64,000 bases of DNA from Octopus vulgaris (taxonomy: Eukaryota), in NCBI GenBank assembly GCA_951406725.2, contig OX597836.1, positions 13,206,001-13,270,000 on the forward strand. The letters are read 5' to 3'. The notes under the pieces are model-generated. The model was not told where the DNA came from. It saw only the letters and a list, made by a program, of their open reading frames with translations, and did not search any database. Below are positions 15,396 to 29,600 of this stretch, piece after piece. Within the stretch, counting starts at the first letter, position 1. Each line of letters starts with the position of its first letter. The position numbers and the translations under genes are program-made.

Positions 15396-15948
15396 AATTT
15401 TTTTATAATAAAGAGTATAATGAAATAGTTCATAATTGTTTCATACATTCAATAGAATCCATGCTATATACATAACAAGTATAATGGAACAGTTCATAAT
15501 TGTTACATACATTCAATAGAGTCCATGCTATATACAATCAATAGAATCCATGTTCTTGAAAAGGCAAAAAATATATTATAAGGTGTAAGTCGTTCCTTAC
15601 TGTAGTGCAGGAGTTCATTATAGATTTTACCTTGTGTTCCGATGGGAGCAACAGTAGTGATTCTTGGTTGACGACTGTTAGCGTAATTTTGGTGACCTTG
15701 TGATTGTTGTGTTTATATCAGTTAAGTTGTGGCTGTAGTAGCTGTGGTCTCTAGCACTGTTCACTGACGTCATATAATTCCAAACCAATCAAAGCCAAGC
15801 TTCAACGATTATAAGTAAAAAAAACCCAACTGTATCTTGTTTAGGAAACCAGCCAAACAGAACAAGTTTGACCACGGAAGAAAAACGTCATCAATTTTTT
15901 AGCGAAATTAAAATTAGATCTGACCCATAATTGTATCCTGTTAGGTGG

Positions 15949-16014
<66 letters not shown>

Positions 16015-16015
<1 letters not shown>

Positions 16016-16277
16016 AAAGGGGAAATGAAGAAAATGCTGACAAAATAATTTAAGTAATTTAAGTAATTTAATAAGGTGAAAATTCTTTTTACCGGTTGCG
16101 CATTTGTTATGCTTATCAAAATATATTTTTATAAGAGATAGAGTTCCCATCTCTCTTAAAAAATATCTTTTGATAAGCATAACAAATGCGCAACCGGTAA
16201 AAAGAATTTTCACCTTATTAAATTACTTAAATTACTTAAATTATTTTGTCAGCATTTTCTTCATTTCCCCTTTTTTT
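16015..16277. mobile_element. Near-perfect 260-bp palindrome in (TA)n
   Basis: aaggggaaatgaagaaaatgctgacaaaataa...ttattttgtcagcattttcttcatttcccctt; arms match over about 100 bp. Confidence 0.88.
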
Positions 16278-16538
16278 TATATATCACAACTCGTGTTCCA
16301 CATCTCCTTTTTTAAATATATATACTAGCTTAAAAGCCGCTCTTTTAGAGGGCTCTTCATTGGGTCTCGGATCCAACAATAACACTTCATACATTGAGTA
16401 CATATTTTTCAAGCAATGAACAATTTTCATCAAAACAATGATATAATTTGTCAATTTGGAACTTATTGCAAAGCTGTATGATAAACAACATTTTTTATCT
16501 TCTCATTCAGGCGCCTGTACAATTTTTTCTGTCTAACC

Positions 16539-16621
<83 letters not shown>

Positions 16622-17332
16622 CTCTCTGTTGATTGTTTCCAGCCATCACCATCGCCAGTACCACCCCGATCGCCACCACAACTGCCATACACACATCATT
16701 CAGACTTCTGACTCCACCATCATCATCATCACCGTCGCCTCTGCTTCCATCACAACTACAGCTCATACTGTTACTATCACCCCATGACCACCACAACCGT
16801 CAATCTACTACTTTCTCTTTGCCTACTAGTTAGTACTCGCACTCCAACATGTGCAATAGTAGGACTGCGAATGAATAGTGGGAGAGGTGGTCGAAGTGTG
16901 ACACACTGACACACAGAAATTAGTTTTCGCATTTATTATAATACACGCACATATATATATATACACGACGATATTCTTTCAGTTTCTTATTTCTTTATTG
17001 CCCACAAGGGGCTAAACATAGAGGAGACAAACAAGGACAGACAAAGGGGTTAAGTCGATTAGATCGACCCCAGTGCGTAACTGGTACTTAATTTATCGAC
17101 CCCGAAAGGATGAAAAGCAAAGATGTCCTCGGCGGAATTTGAACTCAGGACGTAAAGACAGACGAAATACCGCCAAGCATTTCGCCCGGTGTGCTAACGA
17201 TTCTGCCAGTTCAATCTTATGGTCATCTTAACCTGAAAAATGTCAGTTTTTTTTTCGTCACGCCTGGCTGGTTTAGTGTTTTTTTTTCCAACTGCCTCTC
17301 CCAAATATCTTGGTTGTGACGTCGAACTAATG

Positions 17333-17363
<31 letters not shown>

Positions 17364-17529
17364 AGGACACATTGTAATGTATCTGAGGAAATAAGGTTTG
17401 ATGTTTGAGACGTGATATGTGGGTGACATGTTTGTGCACAGTGGTGTGTTTACCTGTTCAAGGTACGTTTGTGTATCCGTTGCGTTTCTGTATGGTATGT
17501 CGTTGGTGATGGTGATGGTGATGGTGTGT

Positions 17530-17639
<110 letters not shown>

Positions 17640-17936
17640 GTGTGAGAGTGTGTGTGTGTGTGTGCGTGTGTGTGTGTGTGTGTGTGTTATTCCTCTATCA
17701 GATTACACTGGAATATTTTTTTTACGTGCTGTTCCTATAGCAACGTTCTTATATGCGTGATTGGCGTTCGCTGTTCAGCAGCAGCAGTAGAAGCAGCAAC
17801 AGAACCATTAGTAGTTGTAGTAGCAATTGTAGTAGTAGTAGTAGCAGCAGTAGTAGTAGTATTAGTAATTGCAGTTGTAGTAGTAGTAGTAGCCGCAGCA
17901 GCAATAGTAATAGTAGCAACTGTAGTAGTAGTAGTC

Positions 17937-17992
<56 letters not shown>

Positions 17993-18419
17993 TGTTGTTG
18001 TAGTAGTAGTACTAATAGTGGTAGTAGTGTTAGTAATTGTAGTAGTAGTAGTAGTAGTAGTAGTGGGCAATCTTTAAATGTCAGATTTTTTTTCGTCACG
18101 CCTGGCTGGTTTCACTTTTTTCCTTTTTAACTGCCACTTTTAACTGTCTTTTGATGTGATGCCGAGTTTATGGTGTGTTTGTGTTTGTGTGTTTATGAAT
18201 GTGTGTGGGTACTTAATAAGTCAATTGACCTGTGAGAATAGAAATAGCAGCCAAACCTTCCTCAGTGTCATCAAAATGAATGAATGAACCCATGTAATTA
18301 TGCGGACGGTGGGTTGACAGAATCGTTAGCGCGTCGAACAAAATGCTTTACGTTATTTCTATCGACGTTTTGCGCTCTGGGTTGAAATCCTGCCGTGGCC
18401 AACTACAAGGGGTGCTTAA

Positions 18420-20560
18420 AAGTTTAACTGATAGTAAAATAAGAAAAACAATTAGCTTGGAGAGAAAAAGGAAGTGAAATGTTTTGTAGATAGGCGCAGG
18501 AGTGGCTGTGTGGTAAGTAGCTTGCTAACCAACCACATGGTTCCGGGTTCAGTCCCACTGCGTGGCATCTTGGGCAAGCGTCTTCTGCTATAGCCCCGGG
18601 CCGACCAATGCCTTGTGAGTGGATTTGGTAGACAGAAACTGAAAGAAGCCTGTCGTATATATGTATATATATATATATATATATAATGTGTCTGTGTCTG
18701 TCCTAGCATTGCTTGACAACCGATGCTGGTGTGTTTGCGTCCCCGTCACTTAGCGGTTCGGCAAAAGAGACCGATAGAATAAGTACTGGGCTTACAAAGA
18801 ATAAGTCTCGGGGTCGATTGGCTCGACTGAAGGCGGTGCTCCAGCATGGCCGCAGTCAAATGACTGAAACAAGTAAAAGAGTAAAAGAGAGAGAGATATT
18901 TTCATAGTCTTTAAATAGGTAAATATTTCCATAGTTTTCAGACAGCCTGTCTCTTTTTCTATTCCTTTGTGAATGTCTGGTAGACAGGTAGTTACTAGTA
19001 AATTTGAAGGAATAGTTTGGCGCGAAAGTATAGAAAGACTTAAAGAAATTCAAAAACTTCTGAAAGGACTTGACATTAACATTCAATTTACGATGGAATA
19101 TAGCTACCAACAACTTCCATTCCTCGACATCCTCATTAAGAAATCTATCAACAAAATAGAAACAGACATCTACTATAGGCTCACAGACTCCAAGCAATAT
19201 CTGCCGTTCAACTCTTGCCACCCCAGACACACGAGAGTATCCCTTACAACCTAGCAAAAAGGATTTGTACAATAGTATTTGATAGAAGCACCAGGGACAC
19301 TCGACTACACGAGCTGAAGGATACACGTATCAGCAGAAACTACCCACTATCACTAATTGATATAGGCTTTCAAAGTGCCCTGCAACTCAATATCCACGAA
19401 CTCAGATACCCCAAACTAAAGAAGAATTTACAACCAAAAGCCCTAACATACATATTTACGCACAAACCCCTAAACAACGAGGGATTCGACACCATCCTCC
19501 AGAACATCCCTTTACTAAAAAGGGACCACAGAATGGATCAAATAATCCAAAAAAACACCATCATAAAGAGCAAAAGACAACCCTAGTCAATGAAAAGTCT
19601 TCTAACACAGGTCCTAGTACACTCGTCAACAACATCGAAACCGACAATAAAAAAACATGCGGAAGACCTAACTGGTATTATGTGTCAATCTAATAGAGGG
19701 ATCGGAATTCTCTTTCAAACAAAGTCAACGTTTTACAGTGAAAAACAACTTCACATGCGCTTTGAAAAACCTAATATATGTGTTAACTTGCCCAGGGTGT
19801 CAAGAACAATATATTGGTCAAACTAAAAACAGTTTACGTCAGAGGATGACGGTACATAGATCTCAGATTAAATATACGAGAATACAGAAAAAGAGGATTA
19901 AGCGAGCACAACGATTTTTGCGTCACTAACGAAGAACCCAACTTCAGAATTTTTCCCCTCTATAAATTCAAAGACAATGCAACTTATAGTCAGCACATCA
20001 GCAAAGAAGCATACTTTATCACAAAATATAAACCTCTTTTGAATTCCGCCACCGCAGATGGAACTACAACAAGAGATTAGAACATTTCCAACCACTACTG
20101 CTACGAACACAACAGGTCACTTTTAGGTCATTTGATCATTAAAGAAGATTACACGAATAATTTAGTATGACTCATCACTCCTGTATTTTTCTTTTCTTTT
20201 CTTTTCATTCTCCTTCTCACCCTTCTTTCCCTACTCCTATATCTCTTCCTCCTTCACCTTCTCCTCCTCCTTCTTTTTCTTCTCCACTTCTTCTCCTCCC
20301 TCGGCTACTCCTGCTTAAACCATCAACTCTCTGTACCTAAAGTATTCCTTCAAATTTACTACCAACTACTTATCTACCAGTCATTAACAAAGGAATAGGA
20401 AGAGACACAGACTGCCTGAAAACTATGGAAATATTTACCTATTCAAAGACCATGAAAATATCTACAAAACATTTCACTGAATTTTTTTTCTCCAATTTAA
20501 TTGTTTTTCTTATTTTACTCTTAGTTGAAAAAGTCTAAAAGGGAGAAACCGACACTAAAA
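18420..20560 (+). mobile_element. Decayed Penelope-like element (RT C-terminus + GIY-YIG) with an inverted copy of its 3' repeat at the 5' side, interrupted by a SINE
   Basis: IQFTMEYSYQQLPFLDILI...YLPFNSCHPRHT, SIPYNLAKRI, FTCALKNLIYVLTCPGCQEQYIGQTKNSLRQRMTVH; 18420-18490 plus 18895-19015 are the reverse complement of 20342-20528. Confidence 0.88.
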
Positions 20561-20657
20561 TGTACTTCATGATGAAATTATTTTAGCATTTTCTACCTTG
20601 TCTTATTTTCCTTACACACATCAACTCGTGTGTTACTTTTCTGCCTCTCACTCACTC

Positions 20658-20706
<49 letters not shown>

Positions 20707-21509
20707 TATTCTTACATTCACACACGAAGCTATTCATCATCATTGTTCGACCGTGGTCGAGACAATGGAATTTACCATGCTACGCCAGACTTCCCAGTCC
20801 ATCATAGCATTACGGAGGTCCTGTTGCTGGATGCCTGTATCCCTGGAGATTACATCAGGGTAGGAGAGTGTGCGCCCTCTGGTATCGCGAGTAGATGGCT
20901 TCCAGCGGAGAAGAGTAAAAAATCACCTCGTTTTCAGCTATAGAAGCTATAGTAGATGACACCTGCCCAAGGTACCACGCATTGGGACTGAACCAGTAAC
21001 CATGTGGTTGGGAAGCAAGCTTCTTCTCACACTGTTACACCTACGCGTGTAAGTGTACATCTGCGGGGCAGCTAACCTTTATGGCTGTATGCTATATTCC
21101 TGTCCCAAATAACTATATCAAGTCTGTTGCTTATTTATATATTTATTTATTTATTTATTTATTTATTTTTTTTTTTATCTCGGCGCAGTCTTTTCAGTAG
21201 ATAGTATTGTGTATTGTCTTAGCAACAACATCATGTCACAGCGGGGGTTAGTATCAAGTCGATGACATTTTATGCAACTGCTGATTGCGTGTGTTACTCG
21301 TATGTCCGCCACAGACAAGGGACAATAGTCATTTGAGGTTGCATCTTGTGAGTTTAAGAGTTTCGCTGTCCCGTTTGTTCATGAGTTATTTCGCAGCCGT
21401 CTCTTATTTCTGGATTGCAAAAGCGCACACTTCGAGATGTGACGTGATGTAATGATCACATCTCCCAGAGAGGTTACACTTCATGTTAATATTGTCTTCA
21501 AGAAAAACG

Positions 21510-23710
21510 TTAACACGCCGGGCGAAATGCTTAGCGGTATTTCGTCTGCCGCTACGTTCTTATGTTCAAATTCCGCCGAGGTCGACTTTGCCGTTTATCC
21601 TTTCAGGGTCGATTAAATAAGTACCAGTTACACACTGGAATCGATATAATCGATTTAATCCGTTTGTCTGTCCTTGTTTGTCCGCTCTGTGTTTAGCCCC
21701 TTGTGGGTAGTAAAGAAATAGGTATTTCGTCTATCTTTACGTTCTGAGTTCAAATTCCGCCGAGGTCGACTTTGCCTTTCATCCTTTCGGGGTCGATAAA
21801 TTAAGTACCAGTTGCGTACTGGGGTCTATCTAATCGACTTAATCCGTTTGCCTGTCCTTGTTTGTCCTCTCTGTGTTTAGCCCCTTGTGGGTAGTAAAGA
21901 AATAGGTATTTCGTCTATCTTTACGTTCTGAAATCAAATTCCGCCGAGGTCGACTTTGCCTTTCATCCTTTCGGAGTCGATAAATTAAGTACCAGTTGCG
22001 TACTGGGGTCTATCTAATCGACTTAATCCGTTTGCCTGTCCTTGTTTGTCCTCTCTGTGTTTAGCCCCTTGTGGGTAGTAAAGAAATAGGTATTTCGTCT
22101 ATCTTTACGTTCTGAGTTCAAATTCCGCCGAGGTCGACTTTGCCTTTCATCCTTTCGGGGTCGATAAATTAAGTACCAGTTGCGTACTGGGGTCTATCTA
22201 ATCGACTTAATCCGTTTGCCTGTCCTTGTTTGTCCTCTCTGTGTTTAGCCCCTTGTGGGTAGTAAAGAAATAGGTATTTCGTCTATCTTTACGTTCTGAA
22301 ATCAAATTCCGCCGAGGTCGACTTTGCCTTTCATCCTTTCGGAGTCGATAAATTAAGTACCAGTTGCGTACTGGGGTCTATCTAATCGACTTAATCCGTT
22401 TGCCTGTCCTTGTTTGTCCTCTCTGTGTTTAGCCCCTTGTGGGTAGTAAAGAAATAGGTATTTCGTCTGTCTTTACGTTCTGAGTTCAAATTCCGCCGAG
22501 GTCGACTTTGCCTTTCATCCTTTCGGGGTCGATAAATTAAGTACCAGTTGCGTACTGGGGTCTATCTAATCGACTTAATCCGTTTGCCTGTCCTTGTTTG
22601 TCCTCTCTGTGTTTAGCCCCTTGTGGGTAGTAAAGAAATAGGTATTTCGTCTATCTTTACGTTCTGAGTTCAAATTCCGCCGAGGTCGACTTTGCCTTTC
22701 ATCCTTTCGGGGTCGATAAATTAAGTACCAGTTGCGTACTGGGGTCTATCTAATCGACTTAATCCGTTTGCCTGTCCTTGTTTGTCCTCTCTGTGTTTAG
22801 CCCCTTGTGGGTAGTAAAGAAATAGGTATTTCGTCTATCTTTACGTTCTGAAATCAAATTCCGCCGAGGTCGACTTTGCCTTTCATCCTTTCGGAGTCGA
22901 TAAATTAAGTACCAGTTGCGTACTGGGGTCTATCTAATCGACTTAATCCGTTTGCCTGTCCTTGTTTGTCCTCTCTGTGTTTAGCCCCTTGTGGGTAGTA
23001 AAGACTTAGGTATTTCGTCTGTCTTTACGTTCTGAGTTCAAATTCCGCCGAGGTCGACTTTGCCTTTCATCCTTTCGGGGTCGATAAATTAAGTACCAGT
23101 TGCGTACTGGGGTCTATCTAATCGACTTAATCCGTTTGTCCTGTCCTTGTTTGTCCTCTCTGTGTTTAGCCCCTTGTGGGTAGTAAAGAAATAGGTATTT
23201 CGTCTATCTTTACGTTCTGAGTTCAAATTCCGCCGAGGTCGACTTTGCCTTTCATCCTTTCGGGGTCGATAAATTAAGTACCAGTTGCGTACTGGGGTCT
23301 ATCTAATCGACTTAATCCGTTTGTCTGTCCTTGTTTGTCCTCTCTGTGTTTAGCCCCTTGTGGGTAGTAAAGAAATAGGTATTTCGTCTATCTTTACGTT
23401 CTGAAATCAAATTCCGCCGAGGTCGACTTTGCCTTTCATCCTTTCGGAGTCGATAAATTAAGTACCAGTTGCGTACTGGGGTCTATCTAATCGACTTAAT
23501 CCGTTTGCCTGTCCTTGTTTGTCCTCTCTGTGTTTAGCCCCTTGTGGGTAGTAAAGAAATAGGTATTTCGTCTGTCTTTACGTTCTGAATTCAAATTCCG
23601 CCGAGGTCGACTTTGCCTTTCATCCTTTCGGGGTCGATAAATTAAGTACCAGTTGCGTACTGGGGTCGATCTAATCGACTGACCTCTCCCCAAAAAGAGT
23701 AGAAAAGAAT
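21510..23710 (+). repeat. Tandem array of 12 x 184-bp type B SINE bodies
   Basis: ggtatttcgtct at 21536, 21721, 21905, 22089, 22273, 22457, 22641, 22825, 23009, 23194, 23378, 23562. Confidence 0.95.
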
Positions 23711-24279
23711 ATTGTGTTCAAGAAGGCAGCGAGCTGGCAGAATCGTTAGCACGCAGTGCGAAAATACTTAGATGTATTTCGTCAGCCTTCTCGTTCTGAG
23801 TTCAAATTCCGCCGGGGTCGACTTTGCTTTTTATCCTTTCGAGGCAGATAAATTAAGTACCAGTTACGCACTCGGGTGGATGTAGTCGACTGGTTCCTCC
23901 CCCCACAGAAAATTTCAGGCTTTGTGCCTTTAGTAGAATGGAATATTGTCTTCAAGTTCAAGGCAGCGAACTGTCAGAATCGTTTGCTGACCGGGTAAAA
24001 TGCTTTCTGAGTTGAAATTTCGCCGAGGCAGACATTTCTTTTCATATGTTCGGGGTCGATGAAATAAATCCCAGTTGAGTACTAGGATCAATGTGATCAA
24101 TTTACTCCCTCTCTCTCCCCAAAATTACTGGCCTTGTATGAAAATCTAGAGCCAATATTGTCTTAAAGTTTACGGGAAACTGACCAACGTGTAACCTTTT
24201 TGTATTACGCCGAGTGTTTCTCCCCCAGACCTTTTGTTGAGTTATGCTAGCGTTGCACTTCAGGGTTCTTAGGTGAGAC

Positions 24280-24350
24280 AGAGCGTGGCAGAGCGTGGCA
24301 GAGCGTGGCAGAACGTGGCAGAGCGTGGCAGAGTGTGGCAGAACGTGGCA
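24280..24350. repeat. 10-bp minisatellite (agagcgtggc) x7
   Basis: Direct inspection. Confidence 0.9.
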
Positions 24351-24421
24351 GGAAATGAATGTTTCTTAAGGAATTCATTACCTATTCGTAGGATGTTTTT
24401 TTATTCTTTTATTCTTGTTTA

Positions 24422-24500
<79 letters not shown>

Positions 24501-25307
24501 ACACACATTCTTTTACTCTTTTAATTGTTTCAGTCATTTGACTGTGGCCATGCCGGAGCACCGCCTTTAGTCGAGCAAATCGACCCCGGGACTTATTCTT
24601 TTGTAAGCCCAGTACTTATTCTATCGGTCTCTTTTGCCAGACTGCTAAGTAACGGGGACACAAACACACCAGCATCGGTTGTCAAGCAATGCTAGAGGGA
24701 CAAACACAGACACACAAACATATACACACACACATACATATATATATGTACATATATATGACAGGCTTCTTTCAGTTTCCGTCTACTAAATCCACCCACA
24801 AGGCTTTGGTAGACCCGAGGCTACAGTAGAAGTTAACTAAAGAAATGGCGGCGTGGGTCCCCCCCCCGACATCCGAAACTCGGAGTTTTATCATGGCTAC
24901 CGAATAATTGTCAAATATTAATTTTATACACACACACACACACACACACGTTTTTAGAAAAACATAAATCCGGAGAAGAAGCAGACTCTAATAAGTAGAG
25001 CAATGTAAATGATATATATAATCCAAACAAGAAAGCACAAAAAAACACAACAACGTGAGGACGTGGAACAAATATAGTATTATTGGACGCTCAGGAAAGA
25101 AGGAAAGAAGGAGGGTTTAACGTTTCGAGCGGAGCTCTTCGTCGGAAACATAGGAGAAGGAAAGATCCAGAGAAGGAAAGACAGGGGGGAAAAAATCGCC
25201 AACGGTACACACGAGGTCACATTTTGAAAGCATAATTACTATGGAGTATTGTGTAGAATATATTGTATAGTAGATTGTGGGTAAGGCCAGGACAACGCCA
25301 AGTAAAT

Positions 25308-25522
25308 GCAAGGTAAATCACAAGAAAACAAATATGTGAGTTAATGTAGACTTACCTTGTATGCAATATTTCGGGGTTATGGCACCATTTTCAAGAAATT
25401 GACGAATGTTGACGAATCTCGTCAACATTCGCCAATTTCTTGAAAAGGGGGTCAGAACCCCCCTGAAATATTGAATACAAGGTAAGTCTACATTGATTCA
25501 CATATTTGTGATTTACCTTGTA
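25308..25522. mobile_element. Imperfect palindromic element
   Basis: aatgtagacttaccttgta / tacaaggtaagtctacatt; gaatgttgacga / tcgtcaacattc at the centre. Confidence 0.75.
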
Positions 25523-25558
25523 TTTTCACTTCGCATTATTTTGGCCTCACCCATGATC

Positions 25559-25623
<65 letters not shown>

Positions 25624-26111
25624 CACACACATTTATTTATCTATTTATATATTTCTTTATCGTTTATAAATAATGTGTGATGACATGCAAGGTTACCAGC
25701 TTTGTCAACAAAGGTGAAGCTATCGAGTTATCGTCGACATTCCACAAGGTTGCTTATGTAAAAGTGGGGGGGTCGGCCTCGAGAGGTATTCGAGTAAGAT
25801 GGTAACAGTGGTTGTGGTGGTTGTGGTGGGGGTGGGGGGTGGGGGCGGTGGATGGTAGTCGTGTTGGTCGTGACTGCTCGTTTTAGGAAAAGAAAAGAAT
25901 GAAACGAAGGATGGATGGGTGGGTGACTAAAAGACAGAGAGAGAGAGAGAAGGGAGGAGGAGGAGAAAGACTGGAAAAGAGGGAGAGTAAAATAGGTGAG
26001 CTTCATTGCGCGCGAGAGAGAGGTTGATAGATAGACAGACATACAGACATACAGATAGATAGGTCAATAGATAGATAAATAGATGGGGTGAGAGAGAGAG
26101 AGAGAGAAAGT

Positions 26112-26160
<49 letters not shown>

Positions 26161-26252
26161 GAATAATTTCAGTTATTTAGAGACATCTCTCTGTTTAGTA
26201 GTCTGTTTATGTCGGTCTATCTATCTATCTATCTCTCTCTCTATATATCTAT

Positions 26253-26335
<83 letters not shown>

Positions 26336-26440
26336 CCTATCTATCTATCCATCTACCAATCTATCTATCTATCTGTTTATCAGTTTATCTGACTTGTCTG
26401 TCTGTCTGTCTATCTGTTTATCTGTCTGTCTGTCTGTATG

Positions 26441-26504
<64 letters not shown>

Positions 26505-26544
26505 CCTACCTGTTTATCTGTTTATCTGTCTGTCTGTCTATCTG

Positions 26545-26585
<41 letters not shown>

Positions 26586-26617
26586 ATATATGTCTGTCTA
26601 TCCATCTATATAAATGT

Positions 26618-26664
<47 letters not shown>

Positions 26665-26848
26665 CACACACACACACACTCACATATAATACATGTATAT
26701 ACAAATATAGACATAAATATTCACACACAAACACAACATAGTGAATTTCGTTTATAGTCATGTCAACAATTTTCTGACTTATATAGTCATGTTTAATCAC
26801 CCATTTCCCCCCTCTTTTTTTTTTAAGGGGGTCAACCGACTTTTCAGT

Positions 26849-26915
26849 ATGCTTTCGTTTCGGCGGCTTTCGACCTCGCTTCTTCTCCAGATATTTTGGC
26901 TCTACAGTATAGGAG
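26849..26915 (+). CDS. Adhesion GPCR coding exon 1: signal peptide
   Basis: MLSFRRLSTSLLLQIFWLYSIG-G then consensus donor G|GTAAGT, phase 1, matching the next exon; upstream polypyrimidine-AG (26827) implies a 5' UTR intron. Confidence 0.75.
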
Positions 26916-27925
26916 GTAAGTAGGTTTGATTTTATTTCTTATGCAAAATCCATTGAAAGAGTACAGTGAACTTGCTGTGGGAAAATCAACGTTTCGGACA
27001 TAAATCCTTCTTCAGGGAAAATTTCATAGGAAAGAAATTAATGAAAGTATAGGTTTTATTTTCAGTAATTTTCATCGTTTTCTCATCGTAATTGTAGAAA
27101 GATTAATAACATGTGTCGCCCTACTTTCTTATCGTATTGCTACCGTCATAACAATTTGGAGTATATTTTTATACAAAATCTGAAACTAGTTCAAATGTGT
27201 TTGTGAAATATTTGAAATTCCAATTAGCAACGGAAAAAAAATCCTCCGAAAACTTCTCGTTTTAGAGAAAAAATAATTGAAATATCTGTCAGTTCAGAAC
27301 GCCCTCTATTGGACAGATGGCTGCATTTGAAACATGTTTGTTCTCCTCAGCTGCAAATACCAAAAAAAGAGGCAAAAATTGAACTGATTAGGAAGTAACG
27401 TTTCCTTTATCATAAATTATTAAATCCAATTAAATGACTGCACACATTAGCCGCCAAGCCAGAACAAATTCGTGACTCGGTGCAGGAGAGCAGGGAAGAA
27501 AAGTATACGAACATAAGAGCATTTCAAATATGTTTAAGAGTTATTTGAACCTGTAAAAGCTTTTCGCTGCAGTTTTCCACGGAGAAAAAAAAAAAAGAAA
27601 AAAAGAAAAAGTTCTTGCGGTTCAATGAATGCTGGCCTTGGAATTTTTGGTTTGTGTATTTCCTGCATACCGAAGAAGACAGCTCTCGCTCCATCTCGTT
27701 CCATCTCGTTCTCTCTCTCATCCTCTCTCATATATATCCATACACGTATGTGTGTATGTATATAGATATATATGCATGTATATATATATATATATATATA
27801 CATGCATATATATCTATATACATCTATATATATCTATATACATGCATATATATGTATATATATGTATCTTTATCTATGAGTTAAAGGAAATTGAATACAT
27901 ATATACACATGCTTGTATATGTATG

Positions 27926-27986
<61 letters not shown>

Positions 27987-28311
27987 GTGTATATATGTAT
28001 TCAATCTCCTTAATATATATATATATATATATATACATACATACATATACAAGCATGTGTATATATGTATTCAATCTCCTTTAACTCATAGAAAAAACCC
28101 ATTAGTACACTAAAATATAATTTGATCTAATTTGATATACATCAAATTCCTAATGTCCACCCTGGCACTGGTGTTAAGTTAGGGGTCAGTTAAGAATAAA
28201 CTGTCTGGCCATATTGGATTTCAACATATTTCCCATAAGATCCCTTTGGATTTTAAACTAGCCACAAGTAAATAAATTAAATCAGTTCAATTCGAACTAC
28301 ACTTATTTAAG

Positions 28312-28396
28312 GACCCTGAAGGAAGGTGCACAAAAGATTATGCTGGGTCTCATGTGCAACTGCACATACTCTGTGCAACAGAAACACGTGTAGGTC
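28312..28396 (+). ncRNA. Degenerate type-I hammerhead-like motif
   Basis: GACC-CUGAAGGA...UGCACA/UGUGCA...GAAAC-ACGU-GUA-GGUC; palindromic stem III, 1-nt core insertion. Confidence 0.5.
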
Positions 28397-28719
28397 ATTT
28401 TAACAAACTAATTATGCTGTAGGACGTACTGTAAATTTAAAAGAAAAATTTGATGTTGTATCATTCACTGTATTCTTTGTAATTGTCTGCTGTGTGTGTG
28501 TTTGTGTGTGAGTTTGAAAAGGTTTAACGAAGCGCTCAGACATCAGAAGAAATTCTTCCCAAAAAAGGTTAGTAGCATCCTCATAATTTTCATAACATTT
28601 AATGAAAAAAAGACTGTATCAAGTAATCCTCTGTTTTGTCCAATCCTTCCATCCTGCCCTCGAATTCCCCTGCACTATTTCCAGTACTTTCGTTCCATTT
28701 CTCGGTATTTCGGCCAACA

Positions 28720-29600
28720 TGCACCACTCCGCGGTCACTACCTCCATCCACTAAAAACATACCGTGTCGCATTCATATCCTAACTTCTCCTCCTCCCACC
28801 CTACCCACACTAAGCTCTCCACCCCCTACTCCCAATTCCTCCGTCTGTGCAGGCCCTGCAGTGACAACCATCATTTTGAGACTGTCACAACTCATGGCTC
28901 ACCACTTCATCCTTTGTGGATATCCCCTCACAACTCTCTGCACAACCCTTGCTAGAGCACGTTCCGTGGACCGTGCCTTTGCTCTCTCTTCTCGCACCCG
29001 CCCCGCCGTTGCCCATCTCCCATTTCCCCTTACCTACCACCCCTCCACCCTGCCCGTCTGACGCATCATTCTCCGAGTCTTCTGGCGACACAGTCCGATC
29101 CCTCCATCTTGCACATCTTCCCCCAACCTACTCCTTCCTGTCTTCATCTAAGCCCACAACCTGCGTGACCTCCTGGTCAACAGTTTCTTTCCAAACCCCA
29201 CTTCCTAGCCTAGTTCGTTCCCCTGCTCTCGCACACGCTGTCGCACTTGCCCCTACCTCTCTAACGCTACCATCCTCACAGGCACCTAACATCGTCCCTA
29301 TCATATCACCGACTCCTTTACTTGCACTTCTAGCAATGTCATTTACTGCTTCTCCTGCACTTTCTGCCCTTCTCTGCACATCGGCCAAACGGGACGCCGT
29401 TTGGCTGACCGGTTCGCGGAGCACCTCCGAGACATCAGAATCGGCAATGACACGTCGGTCTCGCGCCATCTCCGGTCTACTGGTCATTCACTACAACACT
29501 TATCTGTGTTCGGATTGTCTTTGCAAAGGGGCCATCCGGATTTCCGCCTTCGCCGTGAATAGGAATATTCTTTTCTCTTTGCTCCTTCATTCCACATGGG
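28720..29600 (+). mobile_element. Decayed Penelope-like element 3' part (GIY-YIG endonuclease)
   Basis: NFSSSHPTHTKLSTPYSQFLRLCRPCS and FTCTSSNVIYCFSCTFCPSLHIGQTGRRLADRFAEHLRDI, with frameshifts. Confidence 0.85.

Noticed and set aside
21510-23710. CRISPR-like regular arrays (also 11617-12690)
   Set aside because: No unique spacers or cas genes; units are SINE-derived and the DNA is eukaryotic.
25700-25810. Promoter or first non-coding exon of the GPCR
   Set aside because: Plausible location but no diagnostic signal can be supported from sequence alone.
26987-27021. Minus-strand CUGAAGA-A-GGA..UCC-GAAAC-GUU motif
   Set aside because: Core is good but stem I does not pair in register; not counted.
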